DNA from: Lama guanicoe
Taxonomy: Eukaryota
Direction: 5' to 3'
Length of the DNA stretch: 64,000 bases
NCBI GenBank assembly: GCA_013239625.1
Contig: MU053379.1
Location: forward strand, 194,490-258,489
Below are positions 51,733 through 64,000 of the stretch, one piece after another. Below the pieces are notes generated by a model. The model ran no database searches and had not been told where the DNA came from. It worked only from the letters and a program-made list of their open reading frames with translations. Each line of letters starts with the position of its first letter. The first letter of the stretch is position 1. The translations under genes were made by a program, and so were the position numbers.

Positions 51733-52100
51733 TGTAGGACAGGCTTTACTGGAATGACGGCTGGGGACAAGAGGGGTTACAACGCCCAAAGAGTCAATTT
51801 GTTCTAACCGAGTGACATTCAGATATACTAAGGAAATCTCCCTGTGCCTTTTGCTGGTGCACTCCACCCTGATCTTGCCCACGGGTCCCCTGTCTGTCTG
51901 TCTGTCTGCCTCTCTGCTCCCCACCTGCTTGGTTGATCCCACTCCCCTAGTGCTCTGCCCAGGTGCTGCCTTCATGGCACGGATGACTCTGCCTCTCTAG
52001 GATCTGTGAGTATAACAAACTTTGTGTCTTTGTGTCTCTCCTGTGTCTGTTCATGTGGTCACACCTGACTGACCGTCAGATGGAAGAATACAAAGCAACC
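51733..52100 (+). mobile_element. ERV LTR (MER54/MER74-group-like, uncertain)
   Basis: Starts TGTAGGACAGG and contains cctctctaggatctgtgagtataacaaac followed by a U5-like tail. Confidence 0.5.
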
Positions 52101-52184
52101 CTTAGGAAACATTTGGTGTTATTTCACAAAACTAAAGGTTAATACACCTCGAGACTCAGCAATTTTAGTCTTGGGCACATCCAA

Positions 52185-53000
52185 TTGTACATGTTTTTAA
52201 AATGTCTATAAATAAAATAGCAATGTTATGTATTCTTCTGTAACTTGATTTTTTTCCCTCAACATATGCTCGTAAGATTTATCCGTACTGTTATGTGTAG
52301 CTTTGGTTTATGTATTTTCATTGCTGGATTGTATTTCACTGCATAAATGTGCCGCAGTAGATTTCCCCATGCTCCTGTTGATGGAATTATGCTATTGCCA
52401 AATGTTTGCTATTACAACCTTCTCCTGTGAATACTTTGTATGTGTCTTTTTTACCACATGTGCAAGAGTTTCTCTAGATATGTGCTTAGGGATGAAGTTG
52501 CTAGGTCACTAGATACCTGCATCTTCAGCTTTAATAAATGCTGTCATTTTTTCCCCCAGATGATTGTGTCAATTTACCCTCCCTGCAGCAGTGAATGAGA
52601 GTTCCTTTGTTCTGCATCTTTTCCGCACCTAGTAGCCTCAGATTCATGTTACCCAATGGCTCGTTCTGAAATGCTAGTACACTGTTGTTTGAATTTCCAC
52701 TTCCCTGATGAGTAGAAAGATGGAACGTCTTTTCATATATTTATTGTTCTTTGTTCTCCCTTCTGTAACTTTTCCTTCCATATGTTTTTTCCATTTTTCC
52801 ATTGAGTGGTTTGTCTTATTGATTTCTAGAATCTATTTATATATTCTGGATAGCAGTCTTGTCTTTGTTACATGAACTGTAGGCACATTCTTCCTGGCTG
52901 TGACTTGCTCTTTCACTTTTTAGTGGGGCTATTGATGGATGAAAATGATAGATTCTGGTATATCCATACTTTTTTTAAAGTTGTCTTTGTCCTAAGAAAT
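52185..53000 (-). mobile_element. L1ME-like 3' region
   Basis: Contains tcattttt...tgattgtgtcaatttaccctccctgcagcagtgaatgagagttcc and tttatatattctggata. Confidence 0.75.
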
Positions 53001-53229
53001 AATTTCTCATTTTAAAATTGAAAAGTCTATTCTCTTTTTTTTCTCTTATAATTTTAAGAATTTAAGATGCCGCATTATCTATATCTTATCTGTTATGAAA
53101 AGGAGAATTATTAAAATTATTATCTAGTTCTAAGACTTTAAAAAATCTAGTATCATTTCTTCTTTTACTTCTGTAATTTGGATTTTTTTAAATTTACAAA
53201 TATATGGAGATTTTATGTGATTTAATTTT

Positions 53230-54530
53230 TAAAAATTTTAATTGTTGGTAACATGCACATGTACATTCTTATCTTAATAATTTTATGTGTATATTTCAGT
53301 GACATTAAGTACCTTCCCATTGTTGTGTAAACTTCACCACCATCCATCTCCAGAATTATTTTTGTCTTGCACAACTGAAATTATGCATCCATTAAAGAAC
53401 AACTCCCCCTTCCCTCCCTCTGCCCAGTGCCCCTCAAGCGAAGGCAACCACCACACTACACTCTGTCTCTATGATTTTGACTACTCTACACATTTCATAT
53501 AAGTAGAATCACACAATATTTGTCTTTTTGTGTCTGGCTTATTTAATCTAGTATCGTGTCCTCAAGGTACATTTATGTTGTAGCACGTATCAGAATTCCT
53601 TCTCTTTTAAGGTTGAATAATTTTTCACTTTATATATATACAACATTTTGTTTATCAGTTCTTCTGTTGGTGGACATTTGGGTTTTTTCTACCTTTTGGC
53701 TATTGTGAATAATGCTGCTTTGAACAAGGGTATACAGATATCTATTTGAGTCCCTCCTTGCAATTCTTTTGGGAAAACACTCAGAAATGAAATTGCTGGA
53801 TCATTCAGTAATGCTATTTTTAATTTTTCGAGGAATCGCCATACTGTTTTCCATAGTGGCTGCACCATTTTACATTACAACTAACAGTGCACAAAGGTTC
53901 CAATTGCCTCACATCCTTGACATATGAGGTATTATCTTATTGTAGATTTGATTTGCATTTCCATGATGATTAGTGATATTGAGCATTTTTCATGTGCTTA
54001 GTAGCCATTTGTATATCTTCTTTAGAGAAATGTCTATTTAAGCCCTTTGGCCATTTGCTAATTGATTTATTGTGGGTTGTTGTTTTTTTTTTTTACATTT
54101 TTTTATTGAGTGATAGTCGTTTAACAATGTTTCAGTTATACATGAACATGCATATCTTCATTGTCACATTTTTTTCTCTGTGAGCTACCACAAGATCTTG
54201 TCTATCTTTCCCTGTGCTATATAGTATAAATTGTTTATCTGTTCTGTATATGCCTGTAAGATCTACAAATTTGTGGGGTTTTCGTTGTTGAATTGTAGGA
54301 GTTCCTTATATATTCTGGATATTAACCTCATATCAGACACGTGATTTGTAAATATTTTCTCCCATTCTATGGGTTGCCTTTCCACTCTGTTGATTGTATG
54401 CTTTGATGCACAGGAGTTTTTTATTTTGATGAGGTCCAATTTGTCTACTTTATTTTGTTGTTGTTGCCTGGGCTTTTGGTGTCAGGTCCAAAAAATCATT
54501 GCCAAATCCGGTGTCATGAATTTTTTCTCT
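53230..54530 (-). mobile_element. L1MA/MB-like 3' end and ORF2 tail, interrupted by a young L1
   Basis: Contains caccaccatccatctccagaa, ccatagtggctgcaccattttacatt and aaaatcattgccaaatccggtgtcatgaa. Confidence 0.88.
54083..54270 (-). mobile_element. Short young camelid-type L1 3' end nested in the older L1
   Basis: Same 3' UTR as the 39.5-kb and 62.4-kb copies (cagttatacatgaacat...cattgtcacattttt...tgtgagctaccacaagatcttgt); flanks ttgtgggttgtt / ttgtggggtttt. Confidence 0.88.
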
Positions 54531-54561
54531 CCTTAAAGGATAGACAGAAGCAAAACGTGCC

Positions 54562-54933
54562 TCTATTAGTTTGCTAGGGCTGCCATGCCACAGACCAGGT
54601 AACTTAAACAAAAGAAATCAACTTTCTCATAGTTTCGGAGGTTGGAAGTCCAAGATCAAGAAGTCAGCAGGGGTGATTTCTCCTGAGGCCTCTCCTTGGA
54701 TTTCAGGGGCTCCCTTCTCACTGTGCCCTGACAGGGCCTTTTTCTGTATGTGCATGTGCTCCTGGTCTCTCTTCCTCTTCAAGAGGACACTAGTCCTATC
54801 AGGTTAGGGTCCCACACCTATGACCTCATCTAACCTTAATTCCCTCTTTAGAGGCTCTGTCTCCAAATCCAGTCACATCGGAGGTTAGGGCTTAAACCTA
54901 TACATTATGGGTAATGCAGTTCAGCCTGTAACA
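54562..54933 (-). mobile_element. MLT1A/B solo LTR
   Basis: tattagtttgctagggctgcc...ggaagtccaagatcaag...tatgacctcatctaaccttaatt...gttcagcctgtaaca. Confidence 0.88.
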
Positions 54934-55119
54934 CTGCTGCAAAATTCTACAAGATATTGAATGAAGCTCATTTAGCACAGTGTTGGTGAACGGTACACTG
55001 CCAATAAATGTTAGCAATGGCTATTACACCATCACTATTATTATTTAAAATTATAATTGAAGGTATGTCTAAAGTGATCTGAGAAGTTAGGTATGACTCT
55101 AAAAGTTCTTGTCACTTAA

Positions 55120-55320
55120 ATGCTTGAAACTCAGCTCTGCCCCTTATAGCCATGTGAACTTTTGCAGGTCACCTAGTCTCTCTAAATCTTAGTGCCTTCA
55201 GCCGTAAATATAATAGTAACAGTAGCCTTCTGGCTTTTGGGGTGGGGCATGTGGATTAAAGAAAATAATACACTTAAGGTGCTCAGCCCACTGCTGGAGC
55301 ATAAGAACCATGAAATAATA
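55120..55320 (+). mobile_element. MIR SINE
   Basis: cagctctgccccttatagccatgtgaac...gtggattaaagaaaataatacacttaaggtgctcagc. Confidence 0.65.
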
Positions 55321-55833
55321 GTAGCTACCCTAGCACTTGAGATAGAACACATCATGATAAGTAAGAGATGTGAGGTAATTGGTAATTAAAATGCTGAACC
55401 AGGTTAGTATACAAACCTCTAGCCACACAGTTTACCCACCTGCCAGTGATGAACAACTTAGAAGGTTTAGATTTTCTAATAACTGTCACAATGAAAGAAA
55501 GATGAACAATGAAAAGTTTCACAATATCCAGAAGGTCAAAACAAACGAACTATTGAGAAGAGTTAGTTATATATTTATTTAAACAATAAACAACATTTTA
55601 TTCCATAAATCCACAAAGCAGATGACACAACAGCTTCATCATTTCCTTCTGCTGTCTGAATTCTTACTGCCCCCTGGGGTTCCCATCCCTCCCCTGACTC
55701 AGGTTCTGTGAGCATCCTTCTATTGAATTCCCTTGTTTGCTTATCCTAGATGAGTAGATTTCTCTGGCTTAGAATCAAAGACCCTTATTGATCCAAATGT
55801 CCTTAAATGACTCAAGAGCTTAGGAGCAGGACT

Positions 55834-56318
55834 TGTTACTGAGTCCAAGCTTGTACTGCCTGCCACACAACAGGCTGGTAAAGCTAGAGATAAGTTGTTG
55901 GGACAAGAAATAGTGACTTTATTCAGAAAGTCAACAGACCAAGAAGATGGTGGACTAGTGTCCCAAAGAACCACCTTGCCTGAGTTAGGATTCCAGCTTC
56001 TTTTATACCTAAAGGGGAGGGAATAGAAGCAAACATTTCCTGGTTCTAGTCAGACTCCAGAGGGGATGTGTTAATTTCTTCCTTCTTGCAGTCATTCATA
56101 GGTGGGCCTGGTCAAGATGTTTCCTGTGAACTAAACACAGATATTTTAACTTAAACTCATCACTTGGGAAGCGTTTCCAGAAATAGTCCATTCTGTGTAA
56201 TTTAAGCATACAGGCAATATCCCTTTAGTGGTTAACTTGTAGCAAAAGCAATAGAACACAAAGGTTAAAGTGAAAAAACAGATCCAATATGGAGTCAGAT
56301 TTGTTCTTCCCTATTACA
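55834..56318 (-). mobile_element. Cetartiodactyl ERV1 solo LTR with intact 4-bp TSD
   Basis: TG...CA termini; GACT at 55830-55833 and 56319-56322; minus-strand TATAAAAG (56000-56007) and AATAAA (55918-55923). Confidence 0.9.
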
Positions 56319-56929
56319 GACTCACATTGTATAAAAGCTGAGGAAAGGGACATATTCCTAAATGAACGTCTTCCTCATCTCCCCTTAGACATGATCAGAG
56401 GAAGCATTTGTCAGTGGGTCCACAATTCTCACCAGAAGACAATCTTTGGCTGGTTTAACCACATTGAATAATTGGGCAAACTATGCTTTACAAGCATGGT
56501 TTCAGGAAAATTCTAAAGCTGGTGTAACCAACAGTCATTTTAAATGTATAAAAAGTGAAATAGAACTCAGCACATGCTTGAACAGAAGGTCCAGTTTTGG
56601 AAGGTCAGCTTTCCCCAAAATTAGCTAACTGCAGACTGTACATTTGAGTGAGGTGAGTTGTTTCATGGGGTTGTTAGATACACAGAGCTTAAATGAAATT
56701 GGGTAGTGGTGGAGAGGTTTTCTAAACTGAAGGTTTTGGTTTTTAATGATTGCTTTCTAGCCATTTTTCCTGAGAATAATGAGCATAGGTGGTGATAATA
56801 AAATGCTTCTTATTATTTTTTAAATATTTATTTTATCACCAAAGGGCATGCACTCAGCCCAGCATTATATGTAGTGTCACTAAACTAAATAAATACCTAG
56901 GAGGCAGCCCCCAGTAATGTAGGTGGAGC

Positions 56930-57600
56930 ACAAGAATGTAGCAGACTTGTGGAGCAGTTGGAATCCTCACGCACTGCTGGTGAGAATGTACATGGTACGG
57001 CACTGGAAAACAGCTTGGAAGTTCTTCAAATGTTAAACTTAGAGTTACCATGTGACTAGCAGTACCACTCCCAGGCATATTGCCAAGAGAAATAAAAACA
57101 TGTAACTATGCAGAAGAAAAACATTGTACATGAGTGTTCCTTACAGCATTATTCATAATAGCCGAACAATGAAAATGACCCAACTGTCTATGGACTGAAG
57201 GCTGGATAAACAAAATATGGTATGTCCACACAATGGGATATTAGTCAATAATAAAAAGGAATGAATTACTAACACATGCAACAACATGACTGAATCTTGA
57301 AAGTATTATGAAGGCAATCACAAAAGACCACATGTTGTGTAAGTGTACTATATATGTGAAAATCCAGAATAGGGAAATCTATATAGAAAGAAAGATTAGT
57401 GGATGCCTAGGCTTGGAGGAAGTGTGGAATAGGGAATGACTGCTAATGGGTAGAGTTTCTTTTTGAGGTGATGAAAATGTTCTAAACGTAGATTGTGGTG
57501 ATGGCTGCCCAACTCTGTGGGTATACTAAAGCCATTTAACTGTACACTTTAAATGGATGGATTTTGTGGTATGTGAATTATATCTCAATAAAGATATTAT
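56930..57600 (+). mobile_element. L1MB/MC-like 3' end
   Basis: ggaatcctcacgcactgctggtgagaatgta...ggtatgtgaattatatctcaataaag. Confidence 0.85.
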
Positions 57601-57711
57601 AAAGGAAAGAACTAAGTAGGCAGTTTGGCTGAAGCTATGGAAGAAAACGTTCTAAAAGTAGCTGTGGGAGAGAATTACGTATGGAGTGTTCCAGGCCAAT
57701 AAATTCTAGAG

Positions 57712-57931
57712 CTGTAGTTCTCAATCAAGGGTGATTTTGCCACCCCGCTCCACCGGGGACATTTGGCAATGTCTGGAGACATTTTAGGTCGTCACAACAG
57801 AGAGGAGGGCCACTAGTACCTAGGGAGTAAGCGTCAAAGATGCTGCTAAACATCCTGCGATGCGCAAGACAGCCCTTGCAACAAAGAATTGTCCGGCTCA
57901 CAATGTCAATAGTGCTGAGTTGAGAAACTCT
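57712..57931. mobile_element. MER20 hAT-Charlie MITE, full length
   Basis: gttctcaa..gggtgattttgcc...ggggacatttggcaatgtctggagacatttt...gatgctgctaaacatcct...aatgtcaatagtgctgagttgagaaac. Confidence 0.92.
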
Positions 57932-59143
57932 TTTAGCTGAAAGGAGTTAAGCAAGCAGAAGCATCTGCTTCACAGTGCTGTTCTTTGCAGCCGCATCCTG
58001 CCAGAAGAGTCTGGATTAAGCAGAGGTAGGGAGTTATTACTCAAAGGCATCATTTATGCTGAGAATTTCAGAATCTAACAGTCTTCAGTCTGATTATTAG
58101 AGTTACCTACCACCCAGGGTCTGGCCTGGCCAAAATTCACTGACACTTGATCAGTTTCCAAGAGCAAGTAGTTTGGAAATAAATAGAAAATAGTATACTG
58201 TTAATTTGTTCCTATAGACATGTCCCATGTTTAGTGTATCTTTCATAAACTCTCAGGAAATCAAAGAAAATTTATCATTTACTCTAAATCCAGGAAAATA
58301 GATTCATCAAATAATCAGAATTCACTGACTGTATGTTATTTCTGAATCCAGTTTCAAAGGACTATACAATATTCACAAAGTGGAAGAAAGGGATTTTTAG
58401 CCATTATCTAGCCCAGAAGTTAAGTTTTTAGATTTGTTTATCTGATGGAAAACCTGTACAGAAGCCAAAACAAACACTTGGGAGGAAGAAGATTTCTCCT
58501 AGATTACCCAGAGAATTTTTATAATCAGCCACACTTAGAGACAAGCCAGGTACTAATCAATTAAGCAAATTGGAGGCAGGAAACTTGGGGAAAGGATATG
58601 TTACCATAAGACTAGGCACATAGCAAGTACGTGCAGAAAATTCTCCTAGAACTTGGGGACATCAAATTAGGCTCAGTTTGAGTGTCAAATATAAAAAAGT
58701 TGCCAGGGTGTCAGGGGATTGGGTTCATTCATTTCCCAGAGCTTTGGGATCTCTTTTTTTATGCATAAAATAAAAGATTTGGAATAAATTAGTGTTTCCC
58801 TGGATTCATGGCATTATTAAACAAGCCTGGAATCCTAGACTGAATTCCCAGAAAGAGTGAGTTCATAGGTCTGAGGTCAAGCCCAGGTATCCAGGATTTA
58901 AGTTATGGGTGATTCTCATGTACATCCCATTTTGGGAATAACTGGACATAATTACTCTGTTGATCCTGGGTGCTTTAGCAACACAGAGAGCTAAAGCTTA
59001 GCATGGTGTGGCTTTAATTGCCCCTCCTTGCTCTTTGTCCATGTGAATCACGAAGTGAAAAAAATAAAGAAATCTGCCAGGGAAGATGAGGGCCTGACAA
59101 GGAGGGTGCTAAGGGGAGGGAGGACTCCAGAGTGCCAGGCGGT

Positions 59144-59157
59144 GTTGCCATGGCAAC
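59144..59157. promoter_or_regulatory. Perfect palindromic RFX X-box
   Basis: GTTGCCATGGCAAC in sequence not recognised as a repeat. Confidence 0.55.
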
Positions 59158-59844
59158 CCCATCCTTTCCCAGCATGTGTTCTGAAAGGCTGCCTGTGCTG
59201 CGCGGTGGGCTCCACCTCTGATGGAGTGCAGATCGCTCATGTCGTCAGTTTGGAGATGAGGACTTGTGGATAGAGCAGGATAATTAAATAAAAGCACATC
59301 TGAATATTAACAACCAGCAGCATTTCTCAGTAATCTTAATTAAGTGTCTGGGGTTTGGTGCTGGTCTGCGGCAGGTAAGCCAAGTGGAGCACTGGTTTCT
59401 GGATTTTGTTTTGTTTGTTTGTTTTTTCAGAGATTCTCTGAGTTTGCCACTTTTATGCTTCCTCCTACCCTAAGCCCCCAACTTACAGAGATTCACTGTA
59501 TCTTTATTTGGAGGAATGACAGAATGTCACAAAAAGTTTTCATTGATTTGAGTAAAGTGGCAAATTCAACCTCAGAGCCAGCCCCCAGAGGATGAACTTC
59601 TGTTTTACTGAGTCAGTCTTTCTGCATCCTTTGCTTTCTCCCTGTGCTACTTGTAAGATGGTATGAATGACAAAGAGGGAGGAGGTTGGCCGTGGAATAC
59701 TAAGTGTGGGCGATGAATGTCCACGGACAGCCTGACGGATTCAGAGGTTGTTTTCTTGCTGATGGTTCTGCAGTCTGAGGGGATGGGCTGGGGGACATCT
59801 GAAATGTGAACTGTAGTTCTTACTAAGCCACAGAATCTAGTATT

Positions 59845-60062
59845 TAGTGCAGCCTGCTCTACGCAGCCCTAAGCATTTTCATGAATTACTTGTTTAGTAT
59901 GCAGAACAACTCTGTGATTTAGGTTACATTATTTACCCCATTTTACAGAGAGCAAAACTGAGGTTTGGATGGTTTCTATGACTTGTCCATGATCTCACTG
60001 CTGGGTAAGCAGTAGAACAGGCCCAGACATCCATCAGTCAAAGCCTGTGCTTTTAACTAATA
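59845..60062 (-). mobile_element. MIR SINE
   Basis: ccccattttacagagagcaaaactgagg...tgacttgtccatgatctcactgctgggtaag. Confidence 0.8.
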
Positions 60063-60439
60063 CTGTCTCTTAATTAGCCACATGGCTTTACTTATGTCTT
60101 CATGAAAGTGTTGAGCTAGACAAGGGCATTTTGAATAAATGTCACCTGAAATACATTTAGGGAATGCCAGATGAAATAAATGAGAATTTTTTTACAGGAC
60201 TTCTTAAAGCCTATTTATTATGTTAGTGTGTTCTGATGGAAAACATGCATCTTTTCCCACGTTTATTTGACCTTGGAGCATACTTTTCTCTCATCTTTCA
60301 AGACTATTGTTGAATAAAACCCACTTTAAGAAACATGGCATTTCATGATTTTTAAGAGTCCTTCCAGGACTAAAGCCAGGATTCTTTCTCTCCGTCACCT
60401 GCTAACTCTTACTTTGTTCTTTGTCCTGTCCTCTCACCT

Positions 60440-60645
60440 TTTTTTCCCCCCTGATATCTACTCAGGTACAATTGATCTATAATTAACTGGACATATTCAA
60501 AGGGTACGGTTGGATGAGTTTTGACAGACATATACACCCATGAAATTACCACTGCAACCAAGATACCAAACATCACCATTGTTTCCTGTGCCTCCTTTCA
60601 GTTCATCTCTCCCGACACCCCGCCTCCAGGCAGCCAGTGGTCGCT
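60440..60645 (-). mobile_element. Old L1 extreme 3' end
   Basis: ggatgagttttgacagacatatacacccatgaaattaccactgcaaccaagata. Confidence 0.7.
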
Positions 60646-62392
60646 CCAGTTTTAAGGTGAGTAATCTGACTTCTGACCAAGTTAAAGACCATTCCTGGGA
60701 ATGGTGAAGTGCTACGTGGTCCCTGAGTCATTTCACCAGCCACTAAGGAGCTTTTCTTATCAAATTAATTTACAAGCCCTTTACTCCCTTTTCTCTTCCA
60801 TCTTCACAAACATCAAAAGGTGTGCAACCCAGACTTTGCACCAGCCAGGTACGTGAAGTTGGCACTAGAGCTCTCATTCTGTCCATCACCATGACAGTAA
60901 ATCCACCAATGCTCTGACCATCAGGAGAGAAAGAAAAGGCTTTTGTGTCTATTTTAGGGAACTAGAGAATGTTTATCATGAAAAGTAGTAAGGCAATAGG
61001 AGATAATTCACTGAATTCTGCAAAAAGATGTTTGGCATTTCATAAACATTTATGTGATGAGAATTAACCATGCAATCTCTTTATTCACATAGAAACAAGA
61101 GAATTTGAGGATCTGCACTATTTTGATGAGCTGTGTGGCCTGGAGAATGTTCTTAATTAATTCAGTAATTACTTATGAAGCTTCCACTATAGGATCAGCA
61201 CTGTGCTAGATTCTAGGGAGACAGGACAAATAAAACATAGTATCGGTTATGAAGGAGTTAAGAGTCAAATGTCTTCATATCATTAATTTTCATCTCAGTA
61301 TTTAGTTTTTAGCTTTGTAGTGAAAAATGAACAAATACATTTCACTTATCACTTTTTGTGTCAGAGTCAAATGTCTTTTGTGACAGAGTCAAATGTTTAG
61401 AGATTGTTTACAGTAACATCACTTAAATGTCTCCTCTAGGAAGTTTGCAAAAATTGATCTCACGGAAAATGGTAGTGTTAAAAAAAGTCTAATTTGATGT
61501 TATGTAGTCATTTCAATTCTTTTCAGTCCTTAACATGAATTAGCTTACTTCAATGCCCAGGTAACCTGGTAAGAGAGATGGTGTAGATAGTATAATTCCA
61601 ATCCAGTAGGTATTTTAGAAAGGCCTCTGAAGGGACACAGAGGATGATACTTTTAAAAGCTGGTTGCAGGATGCCACCTGACAGCTTGGCAGTGCTGCAA
61701 GATGGCTGTGGTTGTCTCCACAAGACAAATATAAATGATATGGTCTGCTCAGGGTCACACAATGAGCTAGAGCTAGAGTCAGGCAAGAGCTCACCATCAA
61801 AAATAAAGCAAAATATTGATATGAATTTGCTGCCCTAGGGTGGAATGGAATCTGCTCATCCAAAGGGCAGTGTGTGAGACCCTGAAGGGCGTGAACCGAC
61901 GTATACGAGACAGGAGCCGGGAAGCCCATCCCCTGCATGGAGCGAGTCTGACCTAAAGACGACCTAGAATAGCTGTCTGTGCCCTCGCCATGTGCTAGCT
62001 GGAGTGTCCAGAGAGTGCCTGGAGAGAGAGAGCTGAGTGTCCTTCCCACCCTGTTTGGCTCTCAAGCGGGACAGAAGTCATAATCAACCACCTTGTAGCA
62101 GCTGGCATTTAGGCAGAACCCCCAGTCAGGGCCAAGAGGAAATCAAGGGGGTGACTGTGCCATGAATTATCTAAGGCACTGGGGCAGGTCCATCTCCAGA
62201 GTTCTAGTCCCAGATGTCTCCGCTTAACCACCTTCATTAAATGATCTTTAGTTTGTTAATACCCTCATTGATTAAGGCACTCACTAACTAAACTTTTCTC
62301 ATGAGTCTTTTTATTTCCATGTAGTATTTTTTAAAGGATGAAGATCGTCATCTATGTCCCAAATGCAAACTCTGTGGAAACTTAAAAAAACA

Positions 62393-62683
62393 AACAAAGC
62401 ATAAATACAAAACAGAAACAGACTCATAGACATAGAATACAAACTTGTGGCTGCCAAGGGGGCGGAGGGTGGGAAGGGACAGACTGGGATTTCAACATGT
62501 AGAAGAGATAAACAAGATTATACTGTGTAGCACAGGGAAATATATACAAGGTCTTATGGTAGCTCACAGAGAAAAAAATGTGACAATGAATATATGTATG
62601 TTCATGTATCACTGAAAAATTGTGCTCTACACTGGAATTTGACACAACATTGTAAAATGATTACAAATCAATAAAAAATGTTT
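62393..62683 (+). mobile_element. Young camelid-type L1 3' UTR insertion
   Basis: acagaaacagactcatagacatagaatacaaacttgtgg...ctacactggaatttgacacaacattgtaaaatga..AATAAA; ttaaaaaaaca on both sides (62382-62392, 62682-62692). Confidence 0.92.
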
Positions 62684-63449
62684 AAAAAAACACTTCACTT
62701 TTCATCTGGGATTTTCTCAGACTTGAACTATTCATTTTTTCCACACTCTTTCACCTTCAAAATTTAGATTCCTTATAATTGGATTGTATTGTTTTCACTC
62801 TTTGTTCTATTTCCACACTTTAACAAAAATCTTAAGCTCTAAGCTGTCTTATGGCTACTGCTCCAAATTCTTTATAGGTATTAGAAGGGATGTTGGTCTA
62901 AAGTCAGACACCACGGCAGTAAATGACTTCAAAGAAAGCCAACCAGTGAGCCGTTATAATCACTCCCATTAGCAGCACATTACCTGTTCCTACTCAGATT
63001 ACCTTACGATTGTCAAGTTGTTCCTTTTACAAAACTGCTCCTAGTATTTTCCCACAAATGGTGTTAAGCTGACTGGTGCGTCGTTATTTACTCCAGCTTA
63101 TATTCTGTCTTCAAATGATGTTACTTAAAAGTTTCCAAGAAACACTTCCAGACTTTGGACATTTAATCTGCTACATGATACTTTCAGTTGTTTGGAATCA
63201 GGGCTGCAAAGACCATAGCTTACTCATTGTCTTTGACTCCTGGAGTCCCACAGAGAGCTTCACATAATAGATGCGTGATTAGCGCCTGTTTTTTCTTGTC
63301 ATCATCTTTCTTCCATCATTATGGGGCTGGAACGCAGAGATTTACTATATGTATGTTAGGTTGGCCCTGGGATCTCAAAATATCCCCTGTGATTCCCCCC
63401 GAGCCCACTTCCAATCCTGTAATTCTTCTCCCTTTCCCTGATAGTAGAA

Positions 63450-63680
63450 AGAAAGGGACATGTATTAACAGCTGCAGGGTGTCAGACATCAGGACAGGCT
63501 CTCAGCTGCGTTATCTCATTTTATCCTCCCAGCAGTGCTTTGAGATAAGCCCTCTTATCTCTTTTTTACAGCTGAGGAAGCCTCAGAGGGCTGAAGGAAC
63601 TGGCCTGATCTGACTCAAATAAGGAGTGGTGGAATCAGAGTCCACGTACAGCCATCTGATTCTTAAGCTTGGGTTCTTTC
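63450..63680 (-). mobile_element. MIR SINE
   Basis: ttatctcattttatcctccc...tttttacagctgaggaagcctcagaggg. Confidence 0.7.
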
Positions 63681-64000
63681 TTTTACAGCATTCTGCCTTG
63701 CTTTCCCAGTTTGCAGTTTCTCTGCAGGTTGTTAGAACATCTTCTTCAGCGTTGAGAGGCAGCAGCTAATTTTATCTGTCCCTTTGCTTCCAAACTTGTA
63801 GTAAGTACTTTTATCCCTAGTACTTTTTTATTGTTACTTTTTTGCCCATTTCTTTATCTAGATCTACCAGACCTCTCTCTTGAGCTCTGCACCTTGTAAA
63901 CTGCTTACTGTATATATCACCTCTACCCCACCATCTTTGGGCTGTCTCCCTTTCCTCTCCAGCTTACACTTTTGTCCAACAGCCCCGTTGCCACTGCTAC

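Noticed and set aside
52111..52130. tttggtg after the 51.7-kb LTR as a primer-binding site
   Set aside because: The following sequence looks like an old L1 fragment, not ERV internal sequence.
59375..59430. GTAAGC...ttttcAG mini-intron
   Set aside because: 56 nt is below the usual mammalian minimum intron length, and there is no supporting ORF.
1..64000. The many 60-155 aa ORFs as host genes
   Set aside because: No recognisable domains or coherent exon chain; many overlap repeats or start at non-ATG codons; such lengths are expected by chance.
1..64000. CRISPR arrays, tRNA/rRNA genes, CpG island, intact provirus
   Set aside because: No regularly spaced repeat-spacer array, structural RNA signature, CpG-dense stretch or gag/pol/env sequence seen.

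Overview
Mammalian, AT-rich, repeat-dense genomic DNA, either intronic or intergenic. I found no host protein-coding exon, structural RNA gene or CpG island. Ancient eutherian repeats dominate: MIR, L2, L1M, MLT1/MLT2/LTR16/LTR33/MER21/MER67-like LTRs, and MER5/MER20/MER33/MER82/Charlie DNA transposons. Younger cetartiodactyl L1 and ERV1 LTR copies are also present. The youngest L1 3' ends, and the lack of Alu, B1, Bov-tA, PRE or CAN SINEs, suggest a camelid; this is an inference from remembered consensi. The only long ORF (24455-25576) is the RT domain of a dead, doubly truncated L1 ORF2. The most unusual feature is in a TSD-flanked young L1 at 39.5-40.3 kb, where a 77-bp inverted copy (71/77 identical) of the sequence at 41799-41875 is inserted at microhomologies, a locally templated insertion. 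Other observations are a three-part LTR nest followed by a splice donor, a candidate + strand non-coding exon, a second direct-repeat-flanked insert inside an L1, and several candidate enhancer motifs. I do not see a new protein-based system. Repeat subfamily names are assigned by eye and need RepeatMasker/Dfam confirmation. Boundaries without a TSD are approximate.
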